Assembly: GCA_951406725.2 (NCBI GenBank)
Contig: OX597832.1
Span: 31,186,001 to 31,250,000 of the forward strand
Length of the DNA stretch: 64,000 bases
From: Octopus vulgaris
Taxonomy: Eukaryota
Direction: 5' to 3'
Below, in pieces: positions 1 to 16,505 of this stretch. The notes under the pieces were generated by a model. That model did not search any database. It was not told the DNA's origin and saw only the letters and a list, made by a program, of their open reading frames with translations. Every line of letters begins with the position of its first letter. Within the stretch, counting starts at the first letter, position 1. Made by a program: the position numbers and the translations under genes.

Positions 1-650
1 TGCATGTATGTATGTGTGTATGTATGTATGTATGTGTGTATGTGTGTATGTATGTATGTATGTATGTATGTGTGTATGTGTGTATGTGTGTATGTATGTA
101 TGTATGTATGTATGTGTGTATGTATGTATGTATGTATGCATGCATGTGTATGTATGTATGTATGTGTATGTATGTATGTATGTATGTATGTATGTATGTA
201 TGTGTGTGTGTGTATGTATGTGTGTATGTATGTATGTATGTATGTATGTATGTATGTATGTATGTATGTATGTATGTATGTATGTATGTATGTATGTATG
301 TATGCATGCATGTATGTATGTATGTATGTATGCATGTATGTATGTGTGTGTATATATGTATGTATGTATGCATGTATGTATGTGTGTATGTGTGTATGTG
401 TGTATGTGTGTATGTATGTGTGTATGTATGTGTGTATGTGTGTATGTGTGTATGTGTGTATGTATGTATGTATGTATGTATGTATGTATGTGTGTATGTA
501 TGTATGTATGTATGTGTATGTATGTGTATGTATGTTTGTTTGTATGTATGTATGTTTGTTTGTATGTATGTATGTATGTATGTATGTATGTATGTATGTG
601 TGTATGTATGTATGTATGTATGTATGCTTATATGTGTGTATATGCATGTG
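1..650. repeat. (TGTA)n/(TG)n compound microsatellite
   Basis: Directly visible TATG/TGTG repeats; the MYVC-repeat ORFs are artefacts of it. Confidence 0.97.
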
Positions 651-1319
651 TGTTGGGGAGTCTCAATAAATAAATGATTTGTTAATAATCACAAGTCTTG
701 CGAGTAAACCAAGTAATTTCATTTGAGAGACTTCGGGACGATTATGTTGCTAGGCAACCGAGTGTTATACAGAAAGGAGCTCGCGTATGCGTGTGTGTGT
801 GGGTGGTGGGTGGAGGTTTGACTCGAGAAAATATCCCGGATGTAGAGATATTTAAACAATAGCGACGGTAGGCAAAGACATGGACGGAAGCGAGTGTATG
901 TTTTCAGGCCACTTGGGTGGATGGTCTTTGATACTCGGACATTACGACATTGTTTCGTCCTGTCTCATGTTTTGGACACTTTCGATATTTGTCACGAAGT
1001 CACACCGACATTCTGGCAAAACAATAAGCTTTACAGACACACGAAATCTTGTTACTAAGGTTATTGTTGTCAAAGATACATATATATATACATATATATA
1101 AATGAATAAATAGATAAACAAGGCGGATGTCTCTTTTGTTCTCGGGTTTTGTTTTGTTTCTTCTTTGGATGTAAAATAATTCTGTCGTGTGTCTCTGTTT
1201 TTAATCTTGGGCTGAACTCTGGCGATTTTGGGACCAACGAAAGAACTTCCTAATCCTCTCCTCTTTTATGCAATCCTTATTCTACCCAATATTTTTGTCA
1301 ACCCTTTGTGGATGGCAAA

Positions 1320-1359
<40 letters not shown>

Positions 1360-1360
1360 T

Positions 1361-1482
1361 AAAGCAGCGAGCTGGCAGAATCGTTAGTGCGCCGGGCAAA
1401 TTGCTTAGCGGCATTTCGTCAGTCCTTACGCTCTGAGTTCAAATTCCACCAAGGTCAACTTTGCCCTTCATCCTTTCGGGAT
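1361..1482 (+). mobile_element. tRNA-derived SINE (family A), 5' part
   Basis: GCAGCGAGCTGGCAGAATCGTTAG (A box) ... GAGTTCAAATTCC (B box) ... CTTCATCCTTTCGGG; the same sequence recurs at 4900, 11711, 17395, 19535, 46593, 46812 and 57940. Confidence 0.85.
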
Positions 1483-2345
1483 CCAGTTTTTCTCAATTGT
1501 TCAATTTCTTTGGTATCCAGTCTTTTATCATATTGCAAAGTTTATGACATTTCATTGGTTTTTGTTTGTCTTCTCCAATCAAAACTGGTATTTTTGCTTC
1601 ATTAATATGGTCAGTCTTCATGGAAAATTCTTCTGTTCTTCTAATTCTCTATTATATCACATTTTAAACTGTTTCCTGCGATTTTTTTTTTTGCTGAATC
1701 GCCGAGTCCACTTCCATATCTTTGAGGAATACATAGCGTTTTTAGTTGGTTTCTTTTCTTTTCAAACCAGCCAGACCGTTTTTTTTTTGCTTCTCATAAC
1801 GATTTTCCTATTCTAGGGATAATATTTTTTCCAACACCATCGAACTTTCTTATTTGGAATTAACTTATTGCGTATTTCTTGCATCTAACTTTTTCACACA
1901 GAGAATAAAACTGAGTTCAGTTCATCTTACAAAATTGACAAAATTCAATCTCAGCTGATTTCTATGGAGTCTTGTGGAAATTCCCCTTTGACAGAATTGC
2001 GAGCATTCTGTTGGGGTGCTGAGCTACGTGTTCTATTTGTTTTGTGGTATGTTGCGTTAATTTTATAATGTATGATCAGAAAAGAGGTTAGAAATCACCT
2101 TTATATAATGAATGATTTCTACAGGATTCCTGAAGCAAATATTCTAGTTTGTCGTTGCTTCTGGTTGTAGAAAAGAATAACGATAAGGTCAAAGCAGAGA
2201 CTCTGTCTAAGATTCTGCCATAATATACCCGAAAGAATGTGTTCTGGCGACTTCAGGTTGGGAATGTTGAAAGTCACATAATTGGCATACAATGAGATTT
2301 TGGTCCCTCCGGGTTCGGTTTCTTTCACCTTGCCAAGGCTTTCTT
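1483..2345 (-). mobile_element. Degenerate L1/Tx1-like LINE ORF2 (reverse transcriptase) fragment
   Basis: Minus-strand translation KISLYANYVT resembles the RT motif KISLYADD; the rest is A-rich and Lys-rich with stops and frameshifts. Confidence 0.5.
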
Positions 2346-2473
2346 TGAATTTTATATCAAGACTTGATGTATTCGGTGGGCGATGTGTTGCACATATAGC
2401 TGCGTTGAACTGTTTTTATATGTAACAAGCAATGTGTCTCACACACACAATTTGAGCGTGACAGTAGAACTGA

Positions 2474-2543
<70 letters not shown>

Positions 2544-4136
2544 ATAGCTGTGCGTGTTTCTTTGTCTTATTGCCTTATGTTGAGGTATGGGAATGAAAAT
2601 ATTGACATAAAACCTATTCAACACATCACCAATCCCCTCATCATTATTGTGCCACCACCGCTTCATTATCACATCCTCACCACCACCACACGATGCTACT
2701 ACTATTACTACTACTACTACTATAACTACTCACCATCTCTACTACTACTACACACACACCACCACCACTACCACCCTTTCCATCACACTACGACGGCTTC
2801 TTTTTCTACCCTAACCTTGCCGTCGCCATCACAATCCACTTCCCCAGGGTATTCAGTTACCGGGTGATTTATTTTACACTTCAGCTGCGACATTGAATCT
2901 ATGATACACACACACACACATATACACAGGCATGTGTGTGTGTGTGCGTGTGTGTGTATGTGTGTGTGTGTGTGTCTATAATATATTAAATGTATTTTAT
3001 AGAGATATATTAATACACAAAGACATATACTTTTATATACAGATGTATAATAAAGGTGTGCGTGTGTGTGTCTACATGTATGTGTGTGTATATATATATA
3101 TATGTATGTGTGTGTATGTGTATGTGTGTGTATATATGTAGATATGTATATATGTGCGTGTGTGTATGTGTTTGTGCATATATATATATGTGTGTGTGTG
3201 TGTATATACATATATATGCACTTATATGTGTATATATATGCGTGTGTATGCTTGTATCTGTGTGTGCATATAGAACTATATCTCTCTACCAATATATATA
3301 AATATGTATGTATGTATGTATGCAAACACTAAATCATATACACGTACAAATGTGTGTGAGTGAGTATATTACAACCTGTATTGAATTACGCATTATTCGT
3401 GACCCAGGGTGGCAAAGTGCAATTTTAAAATCCATAAACTATGTCATGTATGCATCAATCCGCTGGAATAATCGAAACATTATATTTTACAGTTGTACCG
3501 GTTTGTTATGTGACTTCATTTGAAGCTCTGTGTAACAGACTGAAGTTGTTATGCAACGGCGATTTTAGCCATGAAAAAACAAACAAAATCTGCTATATTC
3601 ACTCATGTTTTATTTTGGAAGATATCAAAATTTTCGTCGCACCACTGCGACCTGTTCAATAACATCGTTAGTTGCTAGTGAGTTTAGCACGTTTTTGACT
3701 TCTTGAACATAAGTACAGATGTGTCTGTGTAAAGCTGCTGTTTGACCTCTTGACACCGGTCACTGTTAATCATTCCTCGTTCGAATCCTTATTAACGCAT
3801 CATCCCTCTTTCCCTTCCCTTGTCATCCAAGAAGAAAAGGGGGAAAGAGGAGGTAAAAAGGGAGAGGATTGTTAATTTTAGCTTGAAGTTTATTAGCAAA
3901 GAGACGAATGAAACTGAGAAGTGTTCAACAGTGACTGATATCAGGGGATCAGATATCATCTGTACACAAACTCGCATGTACTTAAATTTTAAAAAATCGA
4001 CCTACAGGTCCATAAGCGCCCATCAGAAAATAAGTTCCAGCGAATGCAGTGGAACTGTGTCGGTGACCAGGACGCAGAGATGCGACGAAAATGCTGACAC
4101 CTTAAAAAAATAAATGTAAAGTGAACACAACAAGCA

Positions 4137-4550
4137 CAGGCATGGCTGTGTGGTAAGAAGTGTTCTTCCCAACCACGTGGTTTCGGGTTCAGTCCCGCGA
4201 CGTGGCACTTTGGGCAAGTGTCTTCCAGTGTAGCCTCAGGTCGATCAAAGTGTTAAGTGGATTTGTAGACGGAAGCTGAAAGCAGGCCGTCGTATGTGTG
4301 TTTGTGTGTGTGTGTGTGTATGTGTGTGTGTGTTTGTGTGTGTGTGAGTGTATGTGTGTGTGTGTGTGTGTGTGGTTCTCCTCACTCACCGCTTGACAAC
4401 CGGTGTTGGTGTATTTACGTCCCATTAACTGAACGGTTAAGACCTACAGGATAAATACCAGGAGTCGATTCATTCGACTAAAAATTCTTTTAGGCGGTGC
4501 CCCAGTATGGCCACAATCTAATGACTGAAACAAGTAAAAAAAAAGATAAG
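4137..4550 (+). mobile_element. tRNA-derived SINE (family B) with internal (TG)n
   Basis: A box TGGCTGTGTGG, B box GGTTCAGTCCC, CTTTGGGCAAGTG core, internal TG tract, and tail CCCCAGTATGGCCAC...ATGACTGAAACAAGTAAAA shared with copies at 41310, 43400, 50375 and 57050. Confidence 0.85.
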
Positions 4551-4587
4551 AAAAGAAAACAGTTCCGTTGTTTAAGACAGCAAAAAT

Positions 4588-4625
4588 ATCTCTGATGAAG
4601 AAATAGGATCCGAAACGTTACCCTT
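4588..4625 (+). ncRNA. Degenerate type-I hammerhead-like motif
   Basis: CTGATGA(4592)-A-GAAATAGGATCC-GAAA-CG-TTA with palindromic stem III AACGTT; stems I and II are poorly paired. Confidence 0.4.
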
Positions 4626-4899
4626 ACGACATCTCACTGCAACGAACTTTACTCGGTATTCCATGAACTCCCCTTATTGTGCGCGACTCTGTTTCAGAGC
4701 CATTTTGATGTTAGTTCTCTTTATTTATAATGCAAATGATCTTTGAAAGAGTGACAGACGTTACACAATCCCTTCCACGACCACGACCACGACCACCACC
4801 ACCGAACCTCATCTCATTAGACACCTCGATCCAGTAAAATGTGTGTGTGTGAGTGTATGGCAATACATGTACATGAGTGTGTGTGTGTGTGTATGTATT

Positions 4900-5128
4900 T
4901 TTTCTTTACTACCCACAAGGGGCTAAACACAGAGAGGACAAACAAGGACAGACAAAGGGATTAAGTCGATTATATCGACCCCAGTGCGTAACTGGTACTT
5001 ATTTAATCGACCCCGAAAGGATGAAAGGCAAAGTCGACCACGGCGGAATTTGAATTCAGAACGTAGCGGCAGACGAAATACCGCTAAGCATTTCGCCCGG
5101 CGTGCTAACGTTTCTGCCAGTTCGCCGC
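4900..5128 (-). mobile_element. tRNA-derived SINE (family A), near full length
   Basis: Reverse complement of the family A head plus tail TTGTGGGTAGTAAAGAAA; highly similar to 11894-12126. Confidence 0.9.
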
Positions 5129-6027
5129 TCTGATACATACAGACATTCACACGTGTTTCAACGAGGTTTAGTTTTGTTCTATTCTTTATTTGTAGAACTG
5201 TGTCTCTCTTATGGAAACAACATCACTGTCAGTGGCCCTGTCCACCTAGGTACCACAGCATGGAAGAGTTCACTGTCTTGGTTAGCAATAACAAATAACC
5301 AAGACACTTCGCTGTCATCGACCCAGTCTAGTCTGGACGGTTTGTGTGTAGGTAGCACTTTGTGGTTTTTATAGTCCCTTGCACTGTTTTCATATCAACA
5401 TTGCATGTAGAGCAAAGACGAAGAGGAGAACAGAGAAAAGAGCAGGGGAGAGAGAAATACAACTCTCTCGCATTCACTGACCCCACCCTCTCTGTCTTTC
5501 ATCCGCCCTCTCTTTCTCTCTCTGTCTTCTGCTCTCTCTTGCTTTCCCCCTTTCTCTGAAACGAACTGTGATCACAAGCTGTTGTAATGGAGAAGCAGTG
5601 AAAAGAAGAAGGAGTACTTCTAGAAACGTGAGGCAAGATCGGAGTGCAACGACCTGAATCTCTCATTGTTAATTGGGTGATAACTGGGACGGTGTCTGAT
5701 GCTGTGTTTACGTCGGGGAGTTTCACAGAAAAATCTAAATTTTAACTATTTTATTCCTCCACATCTATATACATCGTTCACATGTGTGCCGTTGTCTGTA
5801 CATAAAGAAACACTCCTACATATATATACATACATACATGCAGACATGTATACATGTTTATGCATAAATAGATAAATATATAAATATAACATATAAAACA
5901 AAAAAATCTATACATGTGTATTCAACTGTGTGTGTATGTGTGTGTGTGTGTATAAATATATATATATGTTTAATACACACACACATATATCTATATATAT
6001 ACAAATAAGAATGTATGTACATATATG

Positions 6028-6090
<63 letters not shown>

Positions 6091-6201
6091 ATATGTATAT
6101 ATGTATGCGTGTGTATGTGTGTATGTATGTTTATGTATATATCTGAGCATATATAAGTTTATATATACATGACTATCTGTCTGTCTGTTCCTCTCTCTTT
6201 C

Positions 6202-6260
<59 letters not shown>

Positions 6261-7131
6261 GTCTTCTGTCTGTCTGTATGTCTGTCTACTACCTATCTAT
6301 CTACCTATCTATCTATCCTCTTCACTCTGTGTGTGTGTGTGTTTAAGTGTGTGTGTGTGTGTGAGTTCTGTTTAGTTTTGTTTATTACTTCCGTCTCCAA
6401 GTTCAAACTCGTCCTCTTCCTCCTCCTCTTCAACTACAGTGACAATCCACTCAAGTCCTCTTCGTATATTATGTTGCCATAACTTCTGCTTGCATGACAA
6501 CCCCATCGTCGTCACCACCACCACCACCACCACCACCACCTTTATCATCATCATCACCATCATCATTATTATTATTATTGAGTGAGAGAGCAGTGCATGC
6601 CATCAAAGTGACACTGGGGTAAAATATACGAAGCCCAGTATACCCTCCATGACTACCCGTCTGATAAGGGTACACCAGGCACATGCATCACAACCATATG
6701 TATGTGACATGGTGATCTCATATCAAGATAAATAGTGTATGACCTTGCAGGTGGGGCCCATTTAGAATTTTCTTCTGGTCGAGTAGCCCATCCTGCTCAA
6801 ACGGTCCCTGAATAAGGATTGTTTAAGTATGTTGAACGAATCACCCATGTTTCCAAAGGTGAATTATCGAAACCCCAAAGAATTCCTCTCAAGATATGGC
6901 TATGAAGCTTTTCCACTACTTCTCGTGATGAGAGATGCACATATCGTCAGCCACCAAGGGACATGCTCAACTGGTTATGGTCAAACAACTGACAAGCAAA
7001 TCTGTGGTATTGAGCAGAATATTTGCTGTAGCCCATCTTTTAGTACCAAGACATAACAATGTACATGATAACACTTCCAATCAGTTAAGACCAGGAGCCG
7101 TGAGAGCCACTGTCTGGTATTGAATCAGGGC

Positions 7132-9283
<2,152 letters not shown>

Positions 9284-9469
9284 GTTATTATTTACTTTTA
9301 ATCTGCATGTTTGTTACAATCATTTGCCGAGACACACCCAGCATCCCAGGGCGAGTGACGGATCAGAGGTGTTACAGTATGACTGAAAGGTTGCGGAGGG
9401 AAAGTGGCGGAGACAGTAGCGAAATATCTTCATGTAATACAGTACAGACATTTAAATGGATAGGTTTTT

Positions 9470-9580
9470 TCTAAGGATGTGGGCAGTACTTGTCAGCACA
9501 ATCTTTTGGATTTCTCTGAGACCATGGTTCTCCTGGGATATTATCTAGATATTTTTGACATCCCTTTCTTATCATACCTA
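9470..9580 (-). mobile_element. R4/Dong-type LINE 3' ORF fragment
   Basis: Minus translation GMIRKGCQKYLDNIPGEP..., then STAHILRK in a shifted frame, resembles the C-terminus after the REL-endonuclease (GALG) motif; abuts a (TAA)n tract. Confidence 0.55.
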
Positions 9581-9594
9581 TAATAATAATAATG

Positions 9595-9655
<61 letters not shown>

Positions 9656-9672
9656 TAATAATAATAATAATG

Positions 9673-9710
<38 letters not shown>

Positions 9711-9760
9711 TATTATTATTATTATCATGTTTTTCCTTCTTTCTTAAAATTTTCTTCCTA

Positions 9761-9801
<41 letters not shown>

Positions 9802-10229
9802 TTTTACTATAACTATTATTATTATTGTTATTATTGTTATTAATATTATTATTGTTATTATTATTATTATTATTATTATCATTATTATCATGTTTTGGTT
9901 TTCCTTTAATTCGCTGCAGCCAAGTCTTAAGTCTCAAGCAGAGACGTCAAGGGATAACAAGGTTTTGCATCTGTAGATGCTAAGAGGTGAGTTGCCATGC
10001 AAATTGAAAACACTGATGTCTGTGGGACAAAAAAAAAAAAAGAAAAAAAAGGATACATTTACAATGTAAGGAATTTTCGTAGAATTATGTGAGGTACCCC
10101 AGAGTATGATCTTTTACAATTCGCTTATTTTGGGGGCAAACAGGGATTTGGTCTCCATATTCTTGTTTGTTCTTGATATCATTTCAATTACCCCTGCCCC
10201 AATAATAATATCGTTGTTTTGAGATGCCA

Positions 10230-10592
<363 letters not shown>

Positions 10593-11192
10593 CATTGTCA
10601 GCGTAACAAAGTGAACCAATGGTACGATTGAATCCATTTTTCAACATTATTATGAAGATTTCTGCGATAAGAGAGTCGCTGGTTAAAGGACGCAGCGGTG
10701 GCGTCTATTTTAACAGCTGGAGGATATCGGGGTGGATCGTGGGTTGTCGGGTGTGTTAATATGACATCTCAATATGGCGGCAACAGGCCTCGGTCTCTGT
10801 CATCCGGGTACTAATGTGAAAAACAGACGTTCGTCACACTACTTACTGTGAGGATTTCCAGCAAACATACGCGCATACACACAACACACACACACAACAC
10901 ACACATATATACACACATGCACGCGCACATAATCATGCACACACACACACACACACACACGCACATACCACACACAATTACACTCCACAGAGTCACACAA
11001 GTAAATATGCATACAAATATGTTTGTGTGTATGTATGTATGTATTATGTATGTATTATGTATGTATGTATGTATATGTGTATATACATTTATGTATACAT
11101 GCATACAGACATACATATACACAAATGTATATAGAGAAATGAATATGTTGGTGCAAATGTGTGTGTATATATATATATATACACATATATAC

Positions 11193-11231
<39 letters not shown>

Positions 11232-11710
11232 TGCCTGTGAATGTCTGTGTGTGTGTCTCTGTTGATGTGTGTATGATTATGCTTTTTGTCTTGTATGCAT
11301 GCTCTGACACGCATCTATTGACGCGACACTGGTTTGAGGAAACGGAAAATCGGAATAAAGACGGAATGGAGTTTCGTTTACAAATAAATAAATTAAAGTT
11401 GCACAACAAGTCAACAGACAGGCAGACAGAGACACAGGCAGGCAGACAAGCAGACAAACACACACACACACACACACTCACATACATATATATGTGTGTG
11501 TGTGTGTGTATTTATGTATAGTATGAACGAATAGCAGAAAGGATGGTGTGAGTATTATTTCATTCATTTCATATGCATTACGATCGTTTCAGCGATCGAT
11601 AATCGGAATCGACAAATAATCACAAATCATAAATTACAGCGCGTATTTGTCTGACCAGATCAATGTAGGACCACCTCGTCAGACACCAACATAATGCTTC
11701 CTGCGATTCT

Positions 11711-12126
11711 TATTTCTTTACTACCCACAAGGGGCTACACACAGAGAGGACTAACAAGGACAGACAAACGGATTAAGTCGATTATATCGACCCCAGTGCG
11801 TAACTGGTACTTATTTAATCGACCCCGAAAGGATGAAAGGCAAAGTCGACTTCGGCGGAATTTGAACTCAGAACGTAACGGCAGACGAAGTACCTATTTC
11901 TTTACTACCCACAAGGGCTAAACACAGAGGGGACAAACAAGGACAGACAAACAGATTAAGTCGATTATATCGACCCCAGTGCGTAACTGGTACTTATTTA
12001 ATCGACCCCGAAAGGATGAAAGGCAAAGTCGACCTCGGCGGAATTTGAACTCAGAACATAGCGGCAGACGAAAAAGCGCTAAGCATTTCGCCCGGCGTGC
12101 TACCGTTTCTGCCAGCTCACCGTCTT
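11711..12126 (-). mobile_element. Head-to-tail SINE family A dimer with ~19-bp target-site duplication
   Basis: A truncated copy (11711-11893) is joined to a full copy (11894-12126); flanks are TAATGCTTCCTGCGATTCT (11692-11710) and TAATACTTCCTGCCATTCT (12127-12145). Confidence 0.88.
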
Positions 12127-12282
12127 TAATACTTCCTGCCATTCTACATTACTCAATAACCCTATACTGCTTGCATGTTCCTCTATCGGACCAGAAAGCA
12201 GACGGAAATTAACGGAATTTAACGGAATTTAACAATACGGTAATTTGTCATGCACAAAGCTCATGCACATCCTCCTACTAAT

Positions 12283-12368
<86 letters not shown>

Positions 12369-12810
12369 ATTAGTTCTGGGATACATATGTGTCAAGGCAC
12401 ATCAACATGTAGGATACCAGAAATGCTTAGGTTCAATAAAATAGGGGTCACAGTGAGGTAAAACAACTATGAATGTATCAGGTGTTTGCAGGGTACTATA
12501 GCTGTGTCAGTACCAAATCCGATTTAAACCATGGATCCGACTCAGGAGTCGATTCCAAGTGCAGCGTATATATATGGAAAGAAAACAGAAATGGCGTTTA
12601 AAAGTTCCGACTGTTATGTCGGTAGAATTCTATTGATATACGATCGTGATAAATCCAATTAACCTATCCAGCAATCTTGATTGCATTCCTCACGTTCGGT
12701 GTATTTTCTCACCTGTATGATACCTGTTTAAAATTTTATCTTTACACGGTGTATTACAGATTATGATATAGTCTATGAATGCACCATTAAAACAGTACCG
12801 AAACAGCTGT

Positions 12811-12890
<80 letters not shown>

Positions 12891-13061
12891 GATTAATATA
12901 TTAGAAGGTTTGGAGATGAAGTACAGGTATTATTATATTAGAAGAAATGAAGTACTCAGAAATCTGGATGGTTTTATATTTACAGATATTTATTTATATG
13001 TCATATGTTTTTATAAATCATATATATTAGCGCTTGCGTCCACTCTAGTGGAGTCGTCAGA

Positions 13062-13100
<39 letters not shown>

Positions 13101-13102
<2 letters not shown>

Positions 13103-13288
13103 GGCATACTGGACCGCTGAAATCTAGAAATTTTTTTCCTTCTCTCTCTGTTTTCTCTTATTCCTTTCTGCTGAAGAGCGTAGGCTCGAAACGTAAAAAA
13201 CTTTTTCATTTATCCCGAACTTCAAACTAATACACTTGTTTATTGTTCATACTCCTCTCTTCGTCCTTTGTTTTTTTTAATAAATTTC

Positions 13289-13292
<4 letters not shown>
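13101..13292 (+). mobile_element. Short (TA)n-flanked element with hammerhead-like motif (Penelope pLTR/retrozyme-like)
   Basis: ~190 bp between two (TA)n tracts; contains TTT-CTGCTGA-A-GAGC-GTAG-GCTC-GAAA-CG-TA-AAA (13165-13198); related copy at 45601. Confidence 0.65.
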
Positions 13293-13322
<30 letters not shown>

Positions 13323-13537
13323 GTTGAAGGTAATGTTATTTCTTTTGTGGAAACAACTTCGGTAGCTATACCAGAATAAGGAGCTATTTCTAGCACTAGA
13401 GTTAACCACTTAACGGTAACTCTCTTATATTTACGTATAAATCTGTATTGTCTCCCTGGTTTTTATGTGCTAGGCCACTTGGTGTTAAACTGATGGTATT
13501 ATTAAATTAATATCTAATTTTTCACCCTCATTTATGA

Positions 13538-13587
<50 letters not shown>

Positions 13588-13619
13588 GCATATACATATA
13601 TATGTAATGTTATATATGT

Positions 13620-14170
13620 ATGTATTTCTACGTACATATACAATAATGATAGTTGTGTGAAAAGTGAGGACTGGGGAGAGGCAAGACATGAAACGACCAC
13701 AAAGCACGGTGAGTGACTGAATCGCAGACTTGCAAAATCCTGTGGAATTTCCCCAATTGAAATGGATCGGGTGCTTTAATGACAACAAACCGGGACTATA
13801 GGTGGCGCTCAGGGTGAACCGCGCGTGTTTTATAACTGGTGTTGCATATCGACTTGAGTCGCGGACAGTTAAGAAGGAACGAGAGAAAGCAGACGTGTGG
13901 AATGTTCTTGAGCAGGAGACAGCCCGACTGTGGAAGACGGAAAAGATGGAGGTAATGGCGATTGTTGTCGGGGCCTTGGGGACAGTGTCAAAAGGTATTG
14001 GGAGGAACATAAAGGGAAGTCGGAATAGAGTGTCCGGTAGAGCTGTTGCGGGAGGCTTGCCTCCTGGACACGGTGAGAATCATCAAGAACGATTGCATGG
14101 TGCCGTAGGTTGCAGGTAGCAAAGCAACGATCGACGCAAGTCTCCGGGGGTTCCAACAAAACCAGGGTTC
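13620..14170 (+). mobile_element. R4/Dong-type LINE 3' end (REL endonuclease), degenerate
   Basis: KILWNF..., then KKEREKADVWNVLEQETARLWKTEKMEVMAIVVGALGTV matches the REL-endonuclease pattern (KE.EK..KY..L..EI.RLW...V.PVVVGALG.V); followed by a (CAA)n tract. Confidence 0.8.
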
Positions 14171-14204
14171 AAAGAATGCGAACAACAGCAACAGCAGCAG
14201 CTGC

Positions 14205-14241
<37 letters not shown>

Positions 14242-14415
14242 GCATCAACAGTGATGTGACGGATGACTTAATCATCATCCGGGTCTGAAAGAAATGCGTC
14301 ACCGGAGATGTAGAAAGGTATCGGAAGAAGTTTCGAAGTCGTGCGTGGAATTATGCGTAGAGTTGTAATTGGCGGGAAGTGTTGATGGAACTCTATGCTG
14401 CTCAGTCAAAGATAC

Positions 14416-14471
<56 letters not shown>

Positions 14472-14476
14472 CACTT

Positions 14477-14511
<35 letters not shown>

Positions 14512-14946
14512 CACACATACTTACACACACACACGCACGCACGTACGCACGCACGCACACACACGATCTTTAGTTTATCCTTATTTCTTTTCATTCCGCG
14601 AATAAGATTACGATGAAATATTACTTCGGCAAATGGAAGGAACACCATTCAGATTAAGACAAGATTAAAAGAAACAGAAAGAAGAAAACAAACAAATAAA
14701 TAAATAAATAAAAACGTGGAGAGAGAGATTGCGTGTGTGCGGAGGGGGGGAGGTGCAGGGGAGGGGGGGAGGAGAGAGAGAAAAAGTGAGAGAGAAATTC
14801 CAAAAGTCTTAGAAGACTCATGTTTTAATCTGTTGAAATCCTATTACTGACGACAACTGATCAAAATGACAGAAAACGATGATCATAATAACCGTAGTGG
14901 TGATAATAATAATAATAATAACAACAACAACAATAATAATAATAAC

Positions 14947-14994
<48 letters not shown>

Positions 14995-15633
14995 GTTTTC
15001 TTTAGCTAATGTTTTCTTCATAATAATGATGATGATGATGTTCATGATGATGACGAAGACAACAACAAACGACGAAGTTGATGGTGATGATGATGGTGAT
15101 GATGATGATGGTGATGATGATGGTGATGACGATGATGATGGTGATGTTGATGGTGGTGGTGATGATGATGATGATGATGATGGTGATGATGATGGTGGTG
15201 GTGGTGGTGGTGGTGGTGATGATTAGAAACGAAAACAAAGAGAAGCTGGGAGACGGAGCAGAGGGAAGCTGGCAGCGTCCCTTTTTCTTCTCGTACCCGA
15301 AGAAAACATTTTTAAATCTGATGGAAAACTAACAAAATGTTTGCGTGTCAAAATAATGCCAGCGATTTTAAGGGATTTTGTTGACGAGCAGATTGCACAC
15401 ACACAGACGCACGTGAACACACACACTATATAAATGCATGCATATTTATGAATATATGTATATGTGTGTATGTATGTGTGTGTGTATATATATGTACATA
15501 TGTGCACGTATATATATGTATGTATATATATATATATATGCATATATATATTTATATATATGCATATACATATACATATATATATATATATATATGCATA
15601 TGTGTATATATATATTTATATTTATATACATAT

Positions 15634-15679
<46 letters not shown>

Positions 15680-15688
15680 GTATATGTA

Positions 15689-15754
<66 letters not shown>

Positions 15755-16183
15755 GAAGATGAAGACGAACAAGCCGAAACATGCAAGACACTGCGAATCC
15801 TCTCCTTTTCCTTACAAAAACTTATATGCTTGTGTGTGTGTGTGTGTGTACCTGCACGTGTGTGTGTGTGTGTGTACCTGCACGTGTGTGTGTGTGTGTG
15901 TACCTGCACGTGTGTGTGTGTGTGTGTGTCTGTTTATATGTATGTGTATAAATGCATACATCTACGTTTGTGATTCTTTAATGTACCGTATGGATCGACG
16001 TGTTTCATCGGGAAATCGACCTTTCAACGCCTTAGATTTTTGTGGTGGTTCTTGAAGTTGTTTTACTTTGGTTTTACTCTGCAACCATGTAAACATGGTT
16101 TCAGTGGAGGAGATACACTCGATAAAACAAACTTAGCTTTGCAAGTATATATAAAGATATGAAACAACATACACACACACACA

Positions 16184-16239
<56 letters not shown>

Positions 16240-16389
16240 TCTCTCTCTCTCTGTATCTATATATCTATCTGTCTGTCTATCTATCGAGTTATCTACCTAG
16301 CTATCTATTTATTGATGCCTCTCTCTCTCTATCTATATCTGTTTATGTACGTATGTATGTATCTATTTATGTATGTATCTATCTCTCTA

Positions 16390-16445
<56 letters not shown>

Positions 16446-16449
16446 CCTA

Positions 16450-16505
<56 letters not shown>

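Noticed and set aside
4-677. Long MYVC/IY/HT-repeat ORFs here and throughout the window
   Set aside because: Translations of stop-free microsatellites, with no protein-like complexity.
1361-1450. tRNA genes at SINE heads
   Set aside because: A/B boxes are present but no full cloverleaf, and they continue into repeated SINE bodies.
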